Positions 53,612-63,300 of a stretch of 64,000 nt of DNA are shown here, piece by piece. How positions within the stretch are numbered: position 1 is the first letter of the stretch; each line of letters starts with the position of its first letter. Under the pieces are notes generated by a model, which was not told the DNA's origin, did no database searches, and was given only the letters and a program-made list of their open reading frames with translations. Source of the DNA: an uncultured delta proteobacterium (GTDB lineage Bacteria; Desulfobacterota; Zymogenia; Zymogenales; Zymogenaceae). Where the stretch lies: the NCBI GenBank assembly GCA_963735595.1, contig CAVTLK010000001.1, forward strand, positions 192,001 through 256,000, in the 5' to 3' direction. A program made the translations under genes and the position numbers.

Positions 53612-56600
53612 TCATTGGGGATTGTAAAAGACGATCTTGGGATCGGTTACGATTCCGGATAGCATCGGTTTTCCGAGGATGTTCTCCGTCGTATTCGTAA
53701 CCGAAATCTCAATCTCGTTTTCTCCGGAAGATAGGGCGTCGGTAACGTCATACCGATAGGGCGGCCAGAGCCTCGCCCCCATGTCGTGCCCGTTAAGGAC
53801 GACGCGGCAGGCAACCCGCACATCACCCAGTTCAAGGATCGAGACCTTCCCCGTGAAACGCTTCGGGAGTCGGAACCGGGTCCTGTAGGCGATTGTTCCG
53901 CTGTAGTTGCCGGTTGCATTCGTACCCCAGGACAGGTGCCGTGTGGTTTCTTTTCTCGCGGTGATGATATCCAAATTGACATCAAAGTCACCGGCAAGAA
54001 CAATCGGTTCAATACAGTGGATGGCCGGAATAACGGTCGGGAAACCGGGCTGACGGGATCGTATCCCAATACGGTTCGTTCCCCACCTGACGATATCGGA
54101 GAGGCTTGCCCTTTTGTTCTGACGATCCCACACAAAACACCCCTGAGCCCGGTTGCTGACAAGGACTCCGTTGACAAATATTTCAGTCGGCTGGCCGGTA
54201 TCCTCCCATACTAAAAAGATGCGCCGGGGAATGGTGCCCACAATGAAGTTTGCCTCAATCTCGAACTCAGAACCCACCGGGGGCAGGGGTGTTGAAAAGA
54301 AAAGTCCCATGTATCGGGCGGCGTCCCGTATCAGGTCAACCTTCCGGTAGTGAGTTTGACCCGGAACGGTTAGTCGGGCCAGGCGGGCCGCTGAGGAGTA
54401 AAACCGCATTTCTCGCTCCATCGACGTGAAGGATCGATAGCCGATCTTTTTCCGAATACCCCAGACTCTACCGATCGATTCCGTAAGAACACGCACAGAG
54501 GCAATAATGATCTTCGTAAAAAGACTAAAACGATCGTCTCCGGTAAGACGATTGAGCGGCGGCAGGGCTACAGGCGGCACAGATCGAATAAGTCTGAAAT
54601 TGTCTATTCGTAACATATTATCGGATCGATAATCGATTTCCCACCTTTCGGGAAAGAAGAACTCCCCTATCCTGTGCTCCTGAGGGGTAGACAGCCCGTG
54701 GAGGGCATCGGTGCGTTCGGAGTGAATAACGTATATCCAGGACCTTCCCGGCTCGAAGGTAACCGGGAAGCAAACCCCGCGTTGTATCACCTGAAACTCG
54801 GGGACGCCGTATCGACGCCCATCTTCGGGGTCCCATGCCTCGGGAGCACCCGTGCCGGTCAGCGCAAGCGTTCCGGTGAATCGTTCTTCTCCGAGGTAAG
54901 AAAAGAAGTATATATCGGCGTCGTGAAACGTGCGTCTCTGATGTAAGAATTTATCAGAATTGTCTCCTAAAATATACAGCTGTTTCGGTATATTCAGGCG
55001 CAGATAATGGATGAGATCGGCAGCATCCTTAACAAGGGTAATACCGATCCCAAGGGTAGCGGTTTGCTGCTTATTGATAACCGCGGGGTATTCCCCAACG
55101 AAAATGACATTAACGCCGTTTCTCTTGGCGTTTTCGGTAAAGGCAAGCGTCGATGCGGGCATATACGTCGCCCTGGGAACAATGAGGGTTGAATAACGAT
55201 TAGGTCCGATTGATATAACGCCGTCTTTACAGCGCACCAGCCCGCGTTCCAGCGCCTCTTCGTAGAGGAAGTCAAAATCACGGTGGTCGGAGAGGAGACG
55301 ACCGATCAAATCGGTGAGGCCGGCGATAATTTTATTTCCCTCGCTAGTAAGGCGGCCCAGTCCTATGGTATTTACGAATAGAGACGACCGGGGAAATAAT
55401 ACGAGGGCGTCGGCCTTTGAATGTCCGGCGCTCATCATGAGGCATGTTCTGGAGATATAATCGGCCAGTATCGGAGCGTCACTCCAGTAAGGGAGTTGAA
55501 AGTAAACGGAGGGCGGAAAATCCCGTTTGCGGAGGCCGACAATCGAGGCAAAGACGCCGTGAGTAAAAAATGATGTAATTCCAAGGGAAACGCCGCAGTC
55601 GATCGTCCGCTTCAGCAGTTGGGGCGTAACGCCCCATCCTTCTCCTTCCCATACCGCGGCCAGTGTCCGATCATCCTTGCCAATCCGTGAAACGCTCGAT
55701 ACAAATTTTGGGGTAAAATTCGACATAAGCAAGGGGGGGGTATCACTCAGATAATGTTTCCCGGTACAGCGGTAGCTTGTCGCCGGGACGCTCATTTCCG
55801 AAAGCGCCGCGTACGGATCACCCTGTGAATGGGGAAGCGTTTCAATGAATCCTTCCCTGCCGATGGTGGCCGAAAACAAAAGATTATGCTGACGGGCCCA
55901 CGTTCCCACGGCGTGATAGAAGTCCCGTGTGAGGTCGCTGATGAGGCAATAGTAATCGGTGCGCACGGAAACAAAATCGCCAACCTCACTGATAAGGGAG
56001 GGAAGGCGGCCCAGAAGGTCATAGCCGAATTTCTTCTTGAATATATCAGGCAGCGAGCCTGTCCAGGGGAAAGGGCACTGATTCTGAGGTGATTGAATCA
56101 GGATGCCTTCGATCGTATTTTCGAAGTATTTCTTGAGTATTTTTCGGAGCGGTTCGAGCACGGTATTGACATAATAACGGACGGCATCGGAGTTCAAGAT
56201 ATCCAGCCTGCCCATCCCGCCATGCGGGACCGATAGAGCATCCGGGTCTATCGGCGTCGGGGGATACAGGACATCGACTGAGGCGATAAGGCACTTCTTT
56301 CCCGGAGGATGTTCAGGCAGGTGCGTGACGGATCGTCCGCTGGTCAGATAGGTGCCGATTACTTGCCGGCTGGAATCCGGACGCTTTGCCGTTCGGAATA
56401 CGATACCCTGGGCGCAGAAGCCGGGCCGCTCGGCGGACGGCGGTACGTGAGGAGGGCCGATCGGCTGCTGGTAATCGACGCAGATCCAGACTCTCATCGA
56501 GCGCGCCTTTGCGCGTCCGACAATCTCTGAGAGCCTGCGCCAGTACTCCTCCGAGGCCCACGGAACCGATAGACCGCTCCTCGGGGAAAGGACGACCTTC

Positions 56601-56758
56601 GTAAATCCCTTTTCAGACAGATTCTCAAAAATATCGTCGAAGACCGCCGCGTCCATGGAATCGTTAAGAAACACGAATGGCGCAGCGGAAAAGTCCCTCG
56701 GCGATCCGGCGAAGGCCTGATAGAGTGTCTGAATCCTATTTCGTTTTCGTTGTAGCAT
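53612..56758 (-). CDS. large GH106/GH2-like glycoside hydrolase homolog with C-terminal sugar-binding domain; catalytic motifs look substituted
   Basis: PF.F.N, PRSGL, FKKKFGYDL, GLRKRDFPPS..Q.PYW..DYISR, EAWDPEDG and LELGDV...WPPYRYDVT..GENEIEISVTNT. Confidence 0.75.
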   Translation of the reverse strand: MLQRKRNRIQTLYQAFAGSPRDFSAAPFVFLNDSMDAAVFDDIFENLSEKGFTKVVLSPRSGLSVPWASEEYWRRLSEIVGRAKARSMRVWICVDYQQPIGPPHVPPSAERPGFCAQGIVFRTAKRPDSSRQVIGTYLTSGRSVTHLPEHPPGKKCLIASVDVLYPPTPIDPDALSVPHGGMGRLDILNSDAVRYYVNTVLEPLRKILKKYFENTIEGILIQSPQNQCPFPWTGSLPDIFKKKFGYDLLGRLPSLISEVGDFVSVRTDYYCLISDLTRDFYHAVGTWARQHNLLFSATIGREGFIETLPHSQGDPYAALSEMSVPATSYRCTGKHYLSDTPPLLMSNFTPKFVSSVSRIGKDDRTLAAVWEGEGWGVTPQLLKRTIDCGVSLGITSFFTHGVFASIVGLRKRDFPPSVYFQLPYWSDAPILADYISRTCLMMSAGHSKADALVLFPRSSLFVNTIGLGRLTSEGNKIIAGLTDLIGRLLSDHRDFDFLYEEALERGLVRCKDGVISIGPNRYSTLIVPRATYMPASTLAFTENAKRNGVNVIFVGEYPAVINKQQTATLGIGITLVKDAADLIHYLRLNIPKQLYILGDNSDKFLHQRRTFHDADIYFFSYLGEERFTGTLALTGTGAPEAWDPEDGRRYGVPEFQVIQRGVCFPVTFEPGRSWIYVIHSERTDALHGLSTPQEHRIGEFFFPERWEIDYRSDNMLRIDNFRLIRSVPPVALPPLNRLTGDDRFSLFTKIIIASVRVLTESIGRVWGIRKKIGYRSFTSMEREMRFYSSAARLARLTVPGQTHYRKVDLIRDAARYMGLFFSTPLPPVGSEFEIEANFIVGTIPRRIFLVWEDTGQPTEIFVNGVLVSNRAQGCFVWDRQNKRASLSDIVRWGTNRIGIRSRQPGFPTVIPAIHCIEPIVLAGDFDVNLDIITARKETTRHLSWGTNATGNYSGTIAYRTRFRLPKRFTGKVSILELGDVRVACRVVLNGHDMGARLWPPYRYDVTDALSSGENEIEISVTNTTENILGKPMLSGIVTDPKIVFYNPQ

Positions 56759-56832
56759 AATAGGTGTCGGTACGATAGCCGGGACGGCTCGGCCATCGGC
56801 GCGCTTCCCGATAGAACAGACGCCGACGGTAT

Positions 56833-58734
56833 TTAGTCGTTTGCCAGCACAATAATACGGTCGTCCGGCTCAAAAGTAATCATGTCTGATTTGTGCGGAT
56901 TCAGCGTTACCCCGTACGATCGACGCGTGTCGTGCGCCCGGGCGGCGATCCGATAACCGATGGCAACCTCGCCTTTTTGACGTGTCGACTCGATGACCGT
57001 ATAGAAATTCACGGGCCTTCCGGTTTGGACGTAATGATCGGCAGGTTTTATGTATATTTCGGATCCCTCGGGATCAAAGAGGTCGGCAAAGACAGCCGAG
57101 AGTTCCCTGTTCTCTGAAATCTGGGAGAGTGCAAGGCTGATAAGTCGGTCACTGATGATGAAGTCATCGGCCTGCGTCACCTCGGCGAGGTCCCTGTTTT
57201 TCACGTCGAGCATCTCGCTGACGATGGTAAAGGAATCGCCTGTCCTTTCGTTGATGTCGCGCAGGTGGAGAAGACAGATAAGCGTGTGGGCATCGGCCCG
57301 CTCAGCATCGAGTATGTCCGAATAGCTCAAGACGATTACGTTTTTATACGTGTGTATCGCCAGGCCGTCCAACACGGAGCGATCGGTAATATCCCCGAGA
57401 TGGCTGGATACCGACGCGTTTTTCAGTTGGAGTTCCCTGACCTGATCGCCGATCCCCTGGCCCGGGAGATCGTTATCTTCGGCAACGACGGTTATCCGAG
57501 AACCGCGGGCAAGGTAGCTGTCGAGCTCCCTGATAATGGTCTTCGTGCGGTGGTTCCATCCAAGGATGAGAATATTTTCCGGGGCGAGAGGCTTTGGCGT
57601 TACATGTCGGAGTGCGCCTTTGTCGATAGCCCAGTCGGTTAAGCCGGAAAGTACGATAGTGTCGTCATCCTCGGAGATGGCGATCAACCGGTCGCCGGTT
57701 TGAATTATCGTGTTCATTGGGGGATTGAGTTGGATAGTGCCGGTGGAAAACAGCACGCCGATAACCAATGTATCCTCAAAGGCAAGCAAGGAATCAGCGA
57801 AAGTCCTGCCGACAAGGGACGGCTCTTCTTTTAAATAGATCTCATCGCCGCCAAAGTCGAGAAGCTCGGTGTATACGACCGAGAGGCCTGACTGACGGCA
57901 GGTCTGCGCGGCGATCCGCGCGATGAGATCGCTCGTTAAGATAAATTGAGCCTCGGCCTTTCCGACCATGCGGGCAACCTCGAGATTCTTGGGATCACGA
58001 ACGGCGGCAACTATGTGATAGGGCTCGGATCGACGATCCCTGCGATTGACCAGAGCGAGGACCGACTTGATCACGTGGATGTCCGGTTCCTTTGTCTCGG
58101 GGGCAAGGATGATAATGGATCGGGCGGCGTCGGGATTGACGATTTCAAGGTCGGCAAGGTCTATGGGGTTACCTGTCCTGCAGACGATACGGGTGCGACG
58201 GGGGGTGCCGACCTTGTCACGTATGGCGTCCTCCATCTGAATCTTGTCTTTCTGGGCGAGAATAACGATAGAGGAGCGCGGCTTATTCTCGTTTGCGATG
58301 GCGAGCTCGGATATGACCGCGAATATCTGCGAGGACCAACCAAGGATGATAACATGTCCCGTTTCCGTCACGGAAGAACGACCCTTACGAAGATCATCGA
58401 TCTTATTCTTGATGCCGGTAGTCAAGAGCCCTATCAGGATGCTGACAATGAAAACGCCTCCGAACGTGGTTAACAGCATCAGCAGCAGGAAGAGAACGCT
58501 CCCCTTATCTCGGCCAACGGCTCCGGTGCCCAGGGTTCGCATGAGAGTTTCCCACATGATCCCGAAGAAGCCCTTATCCTGAAAGCCGACCTTCGTGAAA
58601 TAGACGATGAGCGACATCCCACCGATCAGCGCAAACGCCGCTAGAAAAAGCCAACCGATGACTGCGACGGTTCCGGCCGACATCGTGTTCTCGAAGCTAT
58701 ATCTGATCCGATCGCCGAAACGTATCTTTTTCAT
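56833..58734 (-). CDS. CASTOR/POLLUX (DMI1)-related putative ion channel
   Basis: RIRYSFENTMSAG, LRKGRSSV.E.GHVIILGW, CRQSGLSVVYTELLDFGGDEIY, SIVSEM-type motif, LFDPEGSEIY and LNP.KS. Confidence 0.85.
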   Translation of the reverse strand: MKKIRFGDRIRYSFENTMSAGTVAVIGWLFLAAFALIGGMSLIVYFTKVGFQDKGFFGIMWETLMRTLGTGAVGRDKGSVLFLLLMLLTTFGGVFIVSILIGLLTTGIKNKIDDLRKGRSSVTETGHVIILGWSSQIFAVISELAIANENKPRSSIVILAQKDKIQMEDAIRDKVGTPRRTRIVCRTGNPIDLADLEIVNPDAARSIIILAPETKEPDIHVIKSVLALVNRRDRRSEPYHIVAAVRDPKNLEVARMVGKAEAQFILTSDLIARIAAQTCRQSGLSVVYTELLDFGGDEIYLKEEPSLVGRTFADSLLAFEDTLVIGVLFSTGTIQLNPPMNTIIQTGDRLIAISEDDDTIVLSGLTDWAIDKGALRHVTPKPLAPENILILGWNHRTKTIIRELDSYLARGSRITVVAEDNDLPGQGIGDQVRELQLKNASVSSHLGDITDRSVLDGLAIHTYKNVIVLSYSDILDAERADAHTLICLLHLRDINERTGDSFTIVSEMLDVKNRDLAEVTQADDFIISDRLISLALSQISENRELSAVFADLFDPEGSEIYIKPADHYVQTGRPVNFYTVIESTRQKGEVAIGYRIAARAHDTRRSYGVTLNPHKSDMITFEPDDRIIVLAND

Positions 58735-58780
58735 GCCGATCCCTTAGGAAGATGAAAAACGTTACCTGTTCCTATCTTTG

Positions 58781-60139
58781 TTATGCGTTACGAGTTGCGG
58801 AAAGTTTCGTCACGATATCCTCACAGTACCGCCTGTTGAGGGGAAACGCCCAGAGGAAGATGAGGCCGAGCGCGAAAAGGATGGACGGAATTACCCCTAC
58901 CAGGAGCCTGATCCCCAACAGGGTTTGTTGGGTCTGGGGTGCGTCAGGGACGTATCCTAAGGTAGTGAGGATTGTGCCGGTTATAAATGGGGCCAGGGCG
59001 ATGGAGATCTTAAAGATCAGGAAGGCGATCCCGAAATATGCCCCCTCGCGGCGGGTCCCCGACGTCAGCTCATCGTAGTCGATGATTTCGGGCAATATCG
59101 AATAGGGGAAGAGAAAGTAGGCGCCCGTGCCGATACCGGCAAGCCCCATGAGGATAAAGAGAAAGGCCCCCCCCGTCGGCGGAAGGAAAAAGATTGCGCC
59201 CGCGGATACGATTAATACCACGATTCCGATAAGGAAGCCCTCTTTCTTCCCGATCTTGCCGCTGACCCACACCCACAAGGGAATGGAAAGAAGTAGAAAT
59301 CCCATCACGATTCCCATCATAACGGTAAATAGCCCTTCATTAAGCAGCCAATACTTCGCGTAATAGATCAGGACGCCGGAGAGGATTGTGTATCCGAGCG
59401 ATACGAGGGAATAGGCGGCGATAAACCACCAGAACGGACGATTCTTGAACGTCAGGATGAATGATCGGCCGATTGGTACGGAGCCTTTACGCGAGAAATC
59501 TATCCGCTCCCGAACGGAGGTTGCGGTGATGAGAAAAACGATCAACGCCACGACCCCGAATATGGCCGCCATGAGGATATAACCCTGCCTGCCGCCGCCC
59601 AGGGCGGCGACAAGGGGTAACACGAGGGCGCTGCCGGCCACCCAGCCGATGACCGCGAATGGCTGGCGATAGGCGGTCAGCTTCGTCCGCTCGTGGGGCA
59701 ACAGGGCAAGCTCCGGCAGAAGGGCGTTGTAGGGGACGGTGACGATCGTTGAAGCCGTGAAGAAAAGTATGAAGAGACCGGTGACGATAAGATAGTTCAC
59801 GGTGGCGCTGGAAGAAACGTGGGCGGTCCAGATCAGGACGAAGAGGATCGCGTAGGGCAGTGCGCCGAACAGGAGGTACGGCCGGCGCCTTCCCCAGCGG
59901 CTCCTTGTTGCATCGGATATCTGGCCCATGAGTGGATCGGAGACGGCGTCCCACGCCTTTGCGACCAATAGGGCGGTGCCGGCCAGCAGGGGAGAAAGGT
60001 GAACAACGTCCGTATAAAAGTAAAGGAGAAAAAACGCGATGGATGAAAGGGGCAGGGTGATGCCAAGGTCAGATACGCCGTAGGCGATCTTCGTTCTCAG
60101 GGAAAGGGACGTGCCGGAAGTAATGCTTCGTTTATTCAT
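58781..60139 (-). CDS. GPH/MelB family sugar:cation symporter
   Basis: YGVSDLG, FYTDV, WDAVSDPLMGQISD.TRSRWGRRRPY, VPYNAL and RREGAYFG. Confidence 0.92.
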   Translation of the reverse strand: MNKRSITSGTSLSLRTKIAYGVSDLGITLPLSSIAFFLLYFYTDVVHLSPLLAGTALLVAKAWDAVSDPLMGQISDATRSRWGRRRPYLLFGALPYAILFVLIWTAHVSSSATVNYLIVTGLFILFFTASTIVTVPYNALLPELALLPHERTKLTAYRQPFAVIGWVAGSALVLPLVAALGGGRQGYILMAAIFGVVALIVFLITATSVRERIDFSRKGSVPIGRSFILTFKNRPFWWFIAAYSLVSLGYTILSGVLIYYAKYWLLNEGLFTVMMGIVMGFLLLSIPLWVWVSGKIGKKEGFLIGIVVLIVSAGAIFFLPPTGGAFLFILMGLAGIGTGAYFLFPYSILPEIIDYDELTSGTRREGAYFGIAFLIFKISIALAPFITGTILTTLGYVPDAPQTQQTLLGIRLLVGVIPSILFALGLIFLWAFPLNRRYCEDIVTKLSATRNA

Positions 60140-60274
60140 GGTATATATTACGCAAGAAACCAAGTGTTATTTGCGCGTCAGATGATAGCACAACTGCCGG
60201 ACGTTTCAAGGAAATAAAATCCAAGGAGATGACATGCCGGAATTATATTTTTGAAGTTGCCGGTATCATTTTAC

Positions 60275-60332
60275 TTGACACAAAAAACCGGGTATGGTAT
60301 TTTGTCCCTTCTTGAATGAGTATTCATTCATT
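60275..60332 (+). promoter_or_regulatory. sigma70 promoter plus FadR-type operator in front of the V/A-ATPase operon
   Basis: TTGACA(60275)-17 bp-TATTTT(60298, with TG extended -10), then TGAATGA-GTAT-TCATTCA (60313-60330). Confidence 0.78.
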
Positions 60333-60400
60333 GTATATGGAGTGACGTTATCGCGATAGAATAGTGTAGCAATATCATAGCATTATGAGGACGGCACAGA

Positions 60401-60715
60401 GTGGTTAAGGCAATTGTCGAAAAAATTAAGAACGCCGAGGTGAAAGCCGACAAGCTCGTAAAAGAGGCGGAGGCCAAGGCGGAACAAAACGTCGTTAAGT
60501 TCACCCGTGACAGGGAGAAACGCCTGGAGGCAGTCGAAAAGGAAAACAGGGAAATCAGGGGTAAGGCTCTCGAAGAGGCGGAAGCGCAGGCAAAGAAAGA
60601 AGAAGCACGGATACTTGACGACGCCCGGAAAGAGATGAACGCTTTGCGGGCGGCGGCCGACAAAAAGAAGGAAGAAGCCGTTTTATTAATCATACGGAAG
60701 ATATTAGAGCAGTGA
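60401..60715 (+). CDS. V/A-type ATPase subunit G/H (NtpF-like)
   Basis: Short charged coiled coil (IVEKIKNAEVKAD..) directly upstream of subunit I. Confidence 0.8.
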   Translation: MVKAIVEKIKNAEVKADKLVKEAEAKAEQNVVKFTRDREKRLEAVEKENREIRGKALEEAEAQAKKEEARILDDARKEMNALRAAADKKKEEAVLLIIRKILEQ

Positions 60716-62706
60716 GCATTTCACCTCTCACCAAAGTACTATTCGTCGCGCATCGCGAAGAGAAGGCGCCCTTTCTGAAGTATATTCAGGAACAGGGGAT
60801 TGTCCAGATTACGGAGCTTGCCCAGCGAGATGTTCGGGAGTCGTTTCCCGAGCTTGCGCGCGAGGATTCGGGTAAGCTGAATGACCTGGTTACACTCACC
60901 TCTCAGATCGATTTTGCTATAAATTTCCTTGCGCCGTATAAGAACAAGAAATCGATCAAGCCCGCATTTCCCGACTGGGGGCTCAAGAGCACAGCGGACC
61001 TCAAATCGTTGGCCGAGTCGGTAAAAGTCAAGAAAATTATCGATACGGTATTTCAGCTCAACCGGGATCTGTCCGAGGCCCGTAACCAGATTACCCGTCT
61101 CGAATCGATAGAGGGCACGTTCGACCGTTGGCTCAGCCTGGACGCGTCCATTGAGAGTCTCAAGGAGACCGCCTCCGCCTACCAGATGCTCTTCATGATA
61201 TTCAGGGTCGAGAAAAATGCCATTGAGGAGCAGCTCAACGGGATAGGTAACCTCCATGTCCTGACGCCGGTCAGCGTAAGCCCCAACTATTCGTATTATC
61301 ACTTTATCTGTCATAAAGATAAAAGGACGGCCTACGAAGACGTACTGACGAAACTTGGTGCGGAACGCGAAAGCCTCCCCGATTATAAGGGGACATATAG
61401 GCAGGCCCACAATACGATAGAAAAGGAAATAAAGGCAATCAAGGAAAAGATCGCATCGCTTGAAGTCAAGGCGGCCGAGGTCGCTCAGGAGCATGAGCGA
61501 TTGCAGGCCCTCTATGATTACTACACGATCGAAAAGGAGCGTGAAGAGCTCCATAACGAGCTCGTTTCTTCGACCGGCGTCGTGTATATCGAGGGATGGA
61601 TTCCGGTCAAGAAGGTGCAGGACGTACAGGACCACATCCGCAGCGCATTCAGGCTCGTCGAAATGGTGACGTTTGAGCACGCGGAAGACGATAAGCCGCC
61701 CATCCTGCTCAAGAATAGCAGGCTGAACCGTCCCTTCGAGATAATAACCTCTCTCTATGGGATGCCCGATCCAAAGGAATTCGACCCCACGCCGTTCTAC
61801 GCATTCTTCTATCTGATCTTTTTCGGGACGTGCCTGACGGACGCGGGTTACGGGGTGGTGCTGACGATCCTCCTTCTGTTTATCGTTATCAAGTTCAGGC
61901 ATTCTTTCGGAAAAAACAAGATTGTTCACGTCCTTTTGCTCGGATCGATATGTACGATATTCCTCGGAGCGATAACCGGCGGTTGGTTCGGCGATCTCCT
62001 TCCGCGCCTTCCCGAGGGATCCTGGCTTAAAAATCTTGGGAACTCTATTGTCGTGCTGGACCCGCTGAAAGATACGATCAAGTTTATGCTCTTCTGCATA
62101 GCGATAGGCATCGTTCAGATAAACGTCGGGATGTTAGTCGGATTCGCAAAATTTGTGAAAAACCGGGAGCATCGCGAGGCGTTCGTAAAGCTGTTCTGGA
62201 TATTCTTTGTTAACGTAGGTGTGGTTTTGGTCGCTGAATACATGTCACCTGGAATAGTCCCTCCGGTTATAACAAAGATCTGCATAGGTGTAATTGCGGC
62301 GGCATCTCTGGGGATTGTACTTTTCTCACAGCCTGAAAAAAATGTATTTGCGCGGATCGCATGGGGGCTTTACAGCCTATACGGATTTACAGGTTTTCTG
62401 GGTGATATACTGAGCTACCTGAGGCTTTTAGCGCTCGGTCTTTCCACCGGCATCATCGCTTCGGTCGTAAACCTGGTAGCGGCTATGGTCGGACAGGTCC
62501 CGTACGTGGGGTTTGTCCTGGCGGGGGTGGTGTTCATAGGAGGGCATGCGTTTAATATCGTCATCAACGCGCTGGGAGCCTTCGTACATACGACGAGGCT
62601 CCAGTACGTAGAGTTCTTTACCAAGTTCTATGATGGAACGGGCAAACCCTTTAAGCCATTCGGGGTAAGTCCCAAGTACGTGTATCTGAAGGAAGCCGTC
62701 GAATAG
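60712..62706 (+). CDS. ntpI: V/A-type ATPase subunit I (a)
   Basis: PPILLKN..PFE..YGMP..EFDPT, DAGYG, GDILSYLRLLALGL and HTTRLQYVEFF.KFY. Confidence 0.95.
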   Translation: MSISPLTKVLFVAHREEKAPFLKYIQEQGIVQITELAQRDVRESFPELAREDSGKLNDLVTLTSQIDFAINFLAPYKNKKSIKPAFPDWGLKSTADLKSLAESVKVKKIIDTVFQLNRDLSEARNQITRLESIEGTFDRWLSLDASIESLKETASAYQMLFMIFRVEKNAIEEQLNGIGNLHVLTPVSVSPNYSYYHFICHKDKRTAYEDVLTKLGAERESLPDYKGTYRQAHNTIEKEIKAIKEKIASLEVKAAEVAQEHERLQALYDYYTIEKEREELHNELVSSTGVVYIEGWIPVKKVQDVQDHIRSAFRLVEMVTFEHAEDDKPPILLKNSRLNRPFEIITSLYGMPDPKEFDPTPFYAFFYLIFFGTCLTDAGYGVVLTILLLFIVIKFRHSFGKNKIVHVLLLGSICTIFLGAITGGWFGDLLPRLPEGSWLKNLGNSIVVLDPLKDTIKFMLFCIAIGIVQINVGMLVGFAKFVKNREHREAFVKLFWIFFVNVGVVLVAEYMSPGIVPPVITKICIGVIAAASLGIVLFSQPEKNVFARIAWGLYSLYGFTGFLGDILSYLRLLALGLSTGIIASVVNLVAAMVGQVPYVGFVLAGVVFIGGHAFNIVINALGAFVHTTRLQYVEFFTKFYDGTGKPFKPFGVSPKYVYLKEAVE

Positions 62707-62769
62707 AGACGGTACGGTTAGCAGTGTACGTAATCCTGTACGGGTGTATCAAACTTTGTGGAGTGTGCC

Positions 62770-63270
62770 ATGTCTGAAGTTTTATACGTTTTGACGTTGC
62801 CTCATCTCGCCCTTCCGGTTCTGGGAGCGGCCCTGGCCGTTGGGCTTTCCGGTTTTGGCTCGGCTACCGGCATCTCTATTGCCGGTCAGGTGGCCGATGG
62901 CGTGCTTGCGGAAGACCCGGATATCTTCGGTAGGATCCTGATCTTCGTGGCGATGCCCGGCACTCAGGGTATTTACGGTTTCCTCGGTGCCTTCCTGATC
63001 CTCCTCAAGGCCGGCATTATCGGCGGCGCGCCGATCGAAACCATGACCCTGACGCAGGGCTGGATGTTCTGCTTTGCCGGGCTGCCGGTCGGATTGGGCG
63101 GATGGATTTCGGGCATTTACCAAGGCAAGGCATGCGCCACCGGTATCTCGCTGGCGGTAAAAAGGCCGGAGGCCATGATGAAGGGCGTTATCTACAGCGC
63201 GATGGTCGAGACCTACGCCATCCTGGGACTTCTTATCACGATTCTCTCGCTTAACGGCATTCAGCTTTAA
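62770..63270 (+). CDS. ntpK: V/A-type ATPase subunit K (4-TM c subunit), Na+-binding type
   Basis: PGTQGIYG, SGIYQGK and MVETYAILG align with the Enterococcus hirae NtpK Na+ ligands. Confidence 0.93.
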   Translation: MSEVLYVLTLPHLALPVLGAALAVGLSGFGSATGISIAGQVADGVLAEDPDIFGRILIFVAMPGTQGIYGFLGAFLILLKAGIIGGAPIETMTLTQGWMFCFAGLPVGLGGWISGIYQGKACATGISLAVKRPEAMMKGVIYSAMVETYAILGLLITILSLNGIQL

Positions 63271-63300
63271 GCGATAACGAACGGCCCATAAGGTGGTGTT

